Part shown: in pieces, positions 21,228 to 22,369 of the stretch
Layout of the letters: each line of letters begins with the position of its first letter
Position numbering within the stretch: position 1 is the first letter of the stretch
Assembly (NCBI GenBank): GCA_024626585.2
Contig: JANKJI020000002.1
Coordinates: 116,842,350 to 116,864,718 of the forward strand
Length of the DNA stretch: 22,369 bases
Direction: 5' to 3'
Source of the DNA: Ginkgo biloba
Lineage: Eukaryota; Plantae; Ginkgophyta
The notes under the pieces: generated by a model
Database searches by the model: none
Told to the model about the DNA's origin: nothing
What the model saw: only the letters and a program-made list of their open reading frames with translations
Made by a program: the position numbers and the translations under genes

Positions 21228-22157
21228 TTACTAGTGATATAGTACTAGTGGAATGTGTTATCCATTAGAGAGTGTGTATTGTAGACCTCAATAGCTAAAT
21301 AAAATATAGTGAACCATAAAAATGTAAAGTATATAACCAAATATATACAATCCATCTACAAGAAAAATATAATTTGATTGCTATTTTCTCTCTATAATCC
21401 TATGCCTATGGATAATTTGAGAAAATTTCCTTTGTCCTCAACAATGTACCTTTCAAGAGTATAATGTAGGTATGAGTGACTTGCTCTAAAAGAGTCGATC
21501 TTTTGGTTCTAGAACCACATAATATCTAAACAATTAGATATTAAAGATATCATGTACCAATTAAATTACAATAGTTGTTTTCGTACGTTTTAATAAAACC
21601 AAACTAGAGTTGTGTGTTATGCCCTTAAAAGATAATGGTCAAGGTGGATTATAAATATAAATAAGGTGGCAAATATGAATTGCCTTGTGTTAAGCATTAG
21701 TGAATAATCTATAATTTAGGATTAATAGAATAATATAAGGTATGCATGAAAGTAAATGTTTCACTTATCATTACAATTAATTGCCATGGATTTGTACCAG
21801 ATAGGGCATGTATGTAGGAGTTTTCAAGTAACTAGTTTATTATTTAACTCATGCAAACTTTGATGTGTAGTAAGAGATTGCATTAAATCAAGAAAAGGTT
21901 GAAGAACATTTTAGGTATGCTTTTTGCAATTTTCATATTGGGAAATTCATAGAAGCATAGCCAGCTGGCAATAATTAGCCCATTAGATTTTCCTTGGACA
22001 ATGGTTACCATTTGAGATTCTTTGTTCATATATATGAGATAAGGCATGATTAGAAAAACTGCTTTATACCATCCATTAAGAAAAACATCTGGTTTTGAAG
22101 TGGTGTTGTTTTCACTTTGACTAACAATTGTTTTTCTCATATTTCTTTATCAGTCGC

Positions 22158-22214
22158 CAGTAATGTTTGATTACTGAACTCTTTAACTGTCATCAGTAAT
22201 GTTTGATTACTGAA
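22158..22214. repeat. Two identical 21-bp hairpin-forming direct repeats
   Basis: cagtaatgtttgattactgaa at 22158-22178 and 22194-22214. Each has a CAGTAAT/ATTACTG stem with a 5-nt loop. Confidence 0.9.
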
Positions 22215-22369
22215 TTAAGGCAAGGTTTGAGTCGAACCAATGATTGCAAGCAGTGCTTCTGCTCTTTGCTCTGTCTTACTCCTTGGACGGTTGAGAATGA
22301 GAGTATTTCATGGTTTTCCTTTTGATATCTAGTTGATTGTTGACCATTATCACATGTTATTTTTTACGA

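Overview
AT-rich eukaryotic genomic DNA, most likely from a plant (seed plant or gymnosperm-like by inference), from a gapped draft scaffold with 13 N-runs. The window is mainly decayed transposable elements. These are: (1) a plus-strand degenerate Ty3/gypsy pol (RT, RNase H, integrase; probably CRM-like chromovirus) at ~2150-5120 with a truncated 3' LTR; (2) an inverted, longer copy of the same LTR at ~9346-10038; (3) a 3' fragment of an L1-type LINE ORF2 with a zf-RVT domain at ~17550-18540; (4) a minus-strand gypsy integrase plus chromodomain with an intact PPT and 3' LTR at ~18911-20342; and (5) several further LTR-like segments. I found no intact protein-coding gene, RNA gene or CRISPR array, and I cannot support a new biological system here. 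The most interesting non-TE signal is a set of co-oriented minus-strand splice sites (~13.4-14.0 kb and ~8.3-9.2 kb). These suggest a spliced, apparently non-coding or pseudogenic transcript whose long intron has been filled with LTR insertions. All translations and alignments were done by eye.
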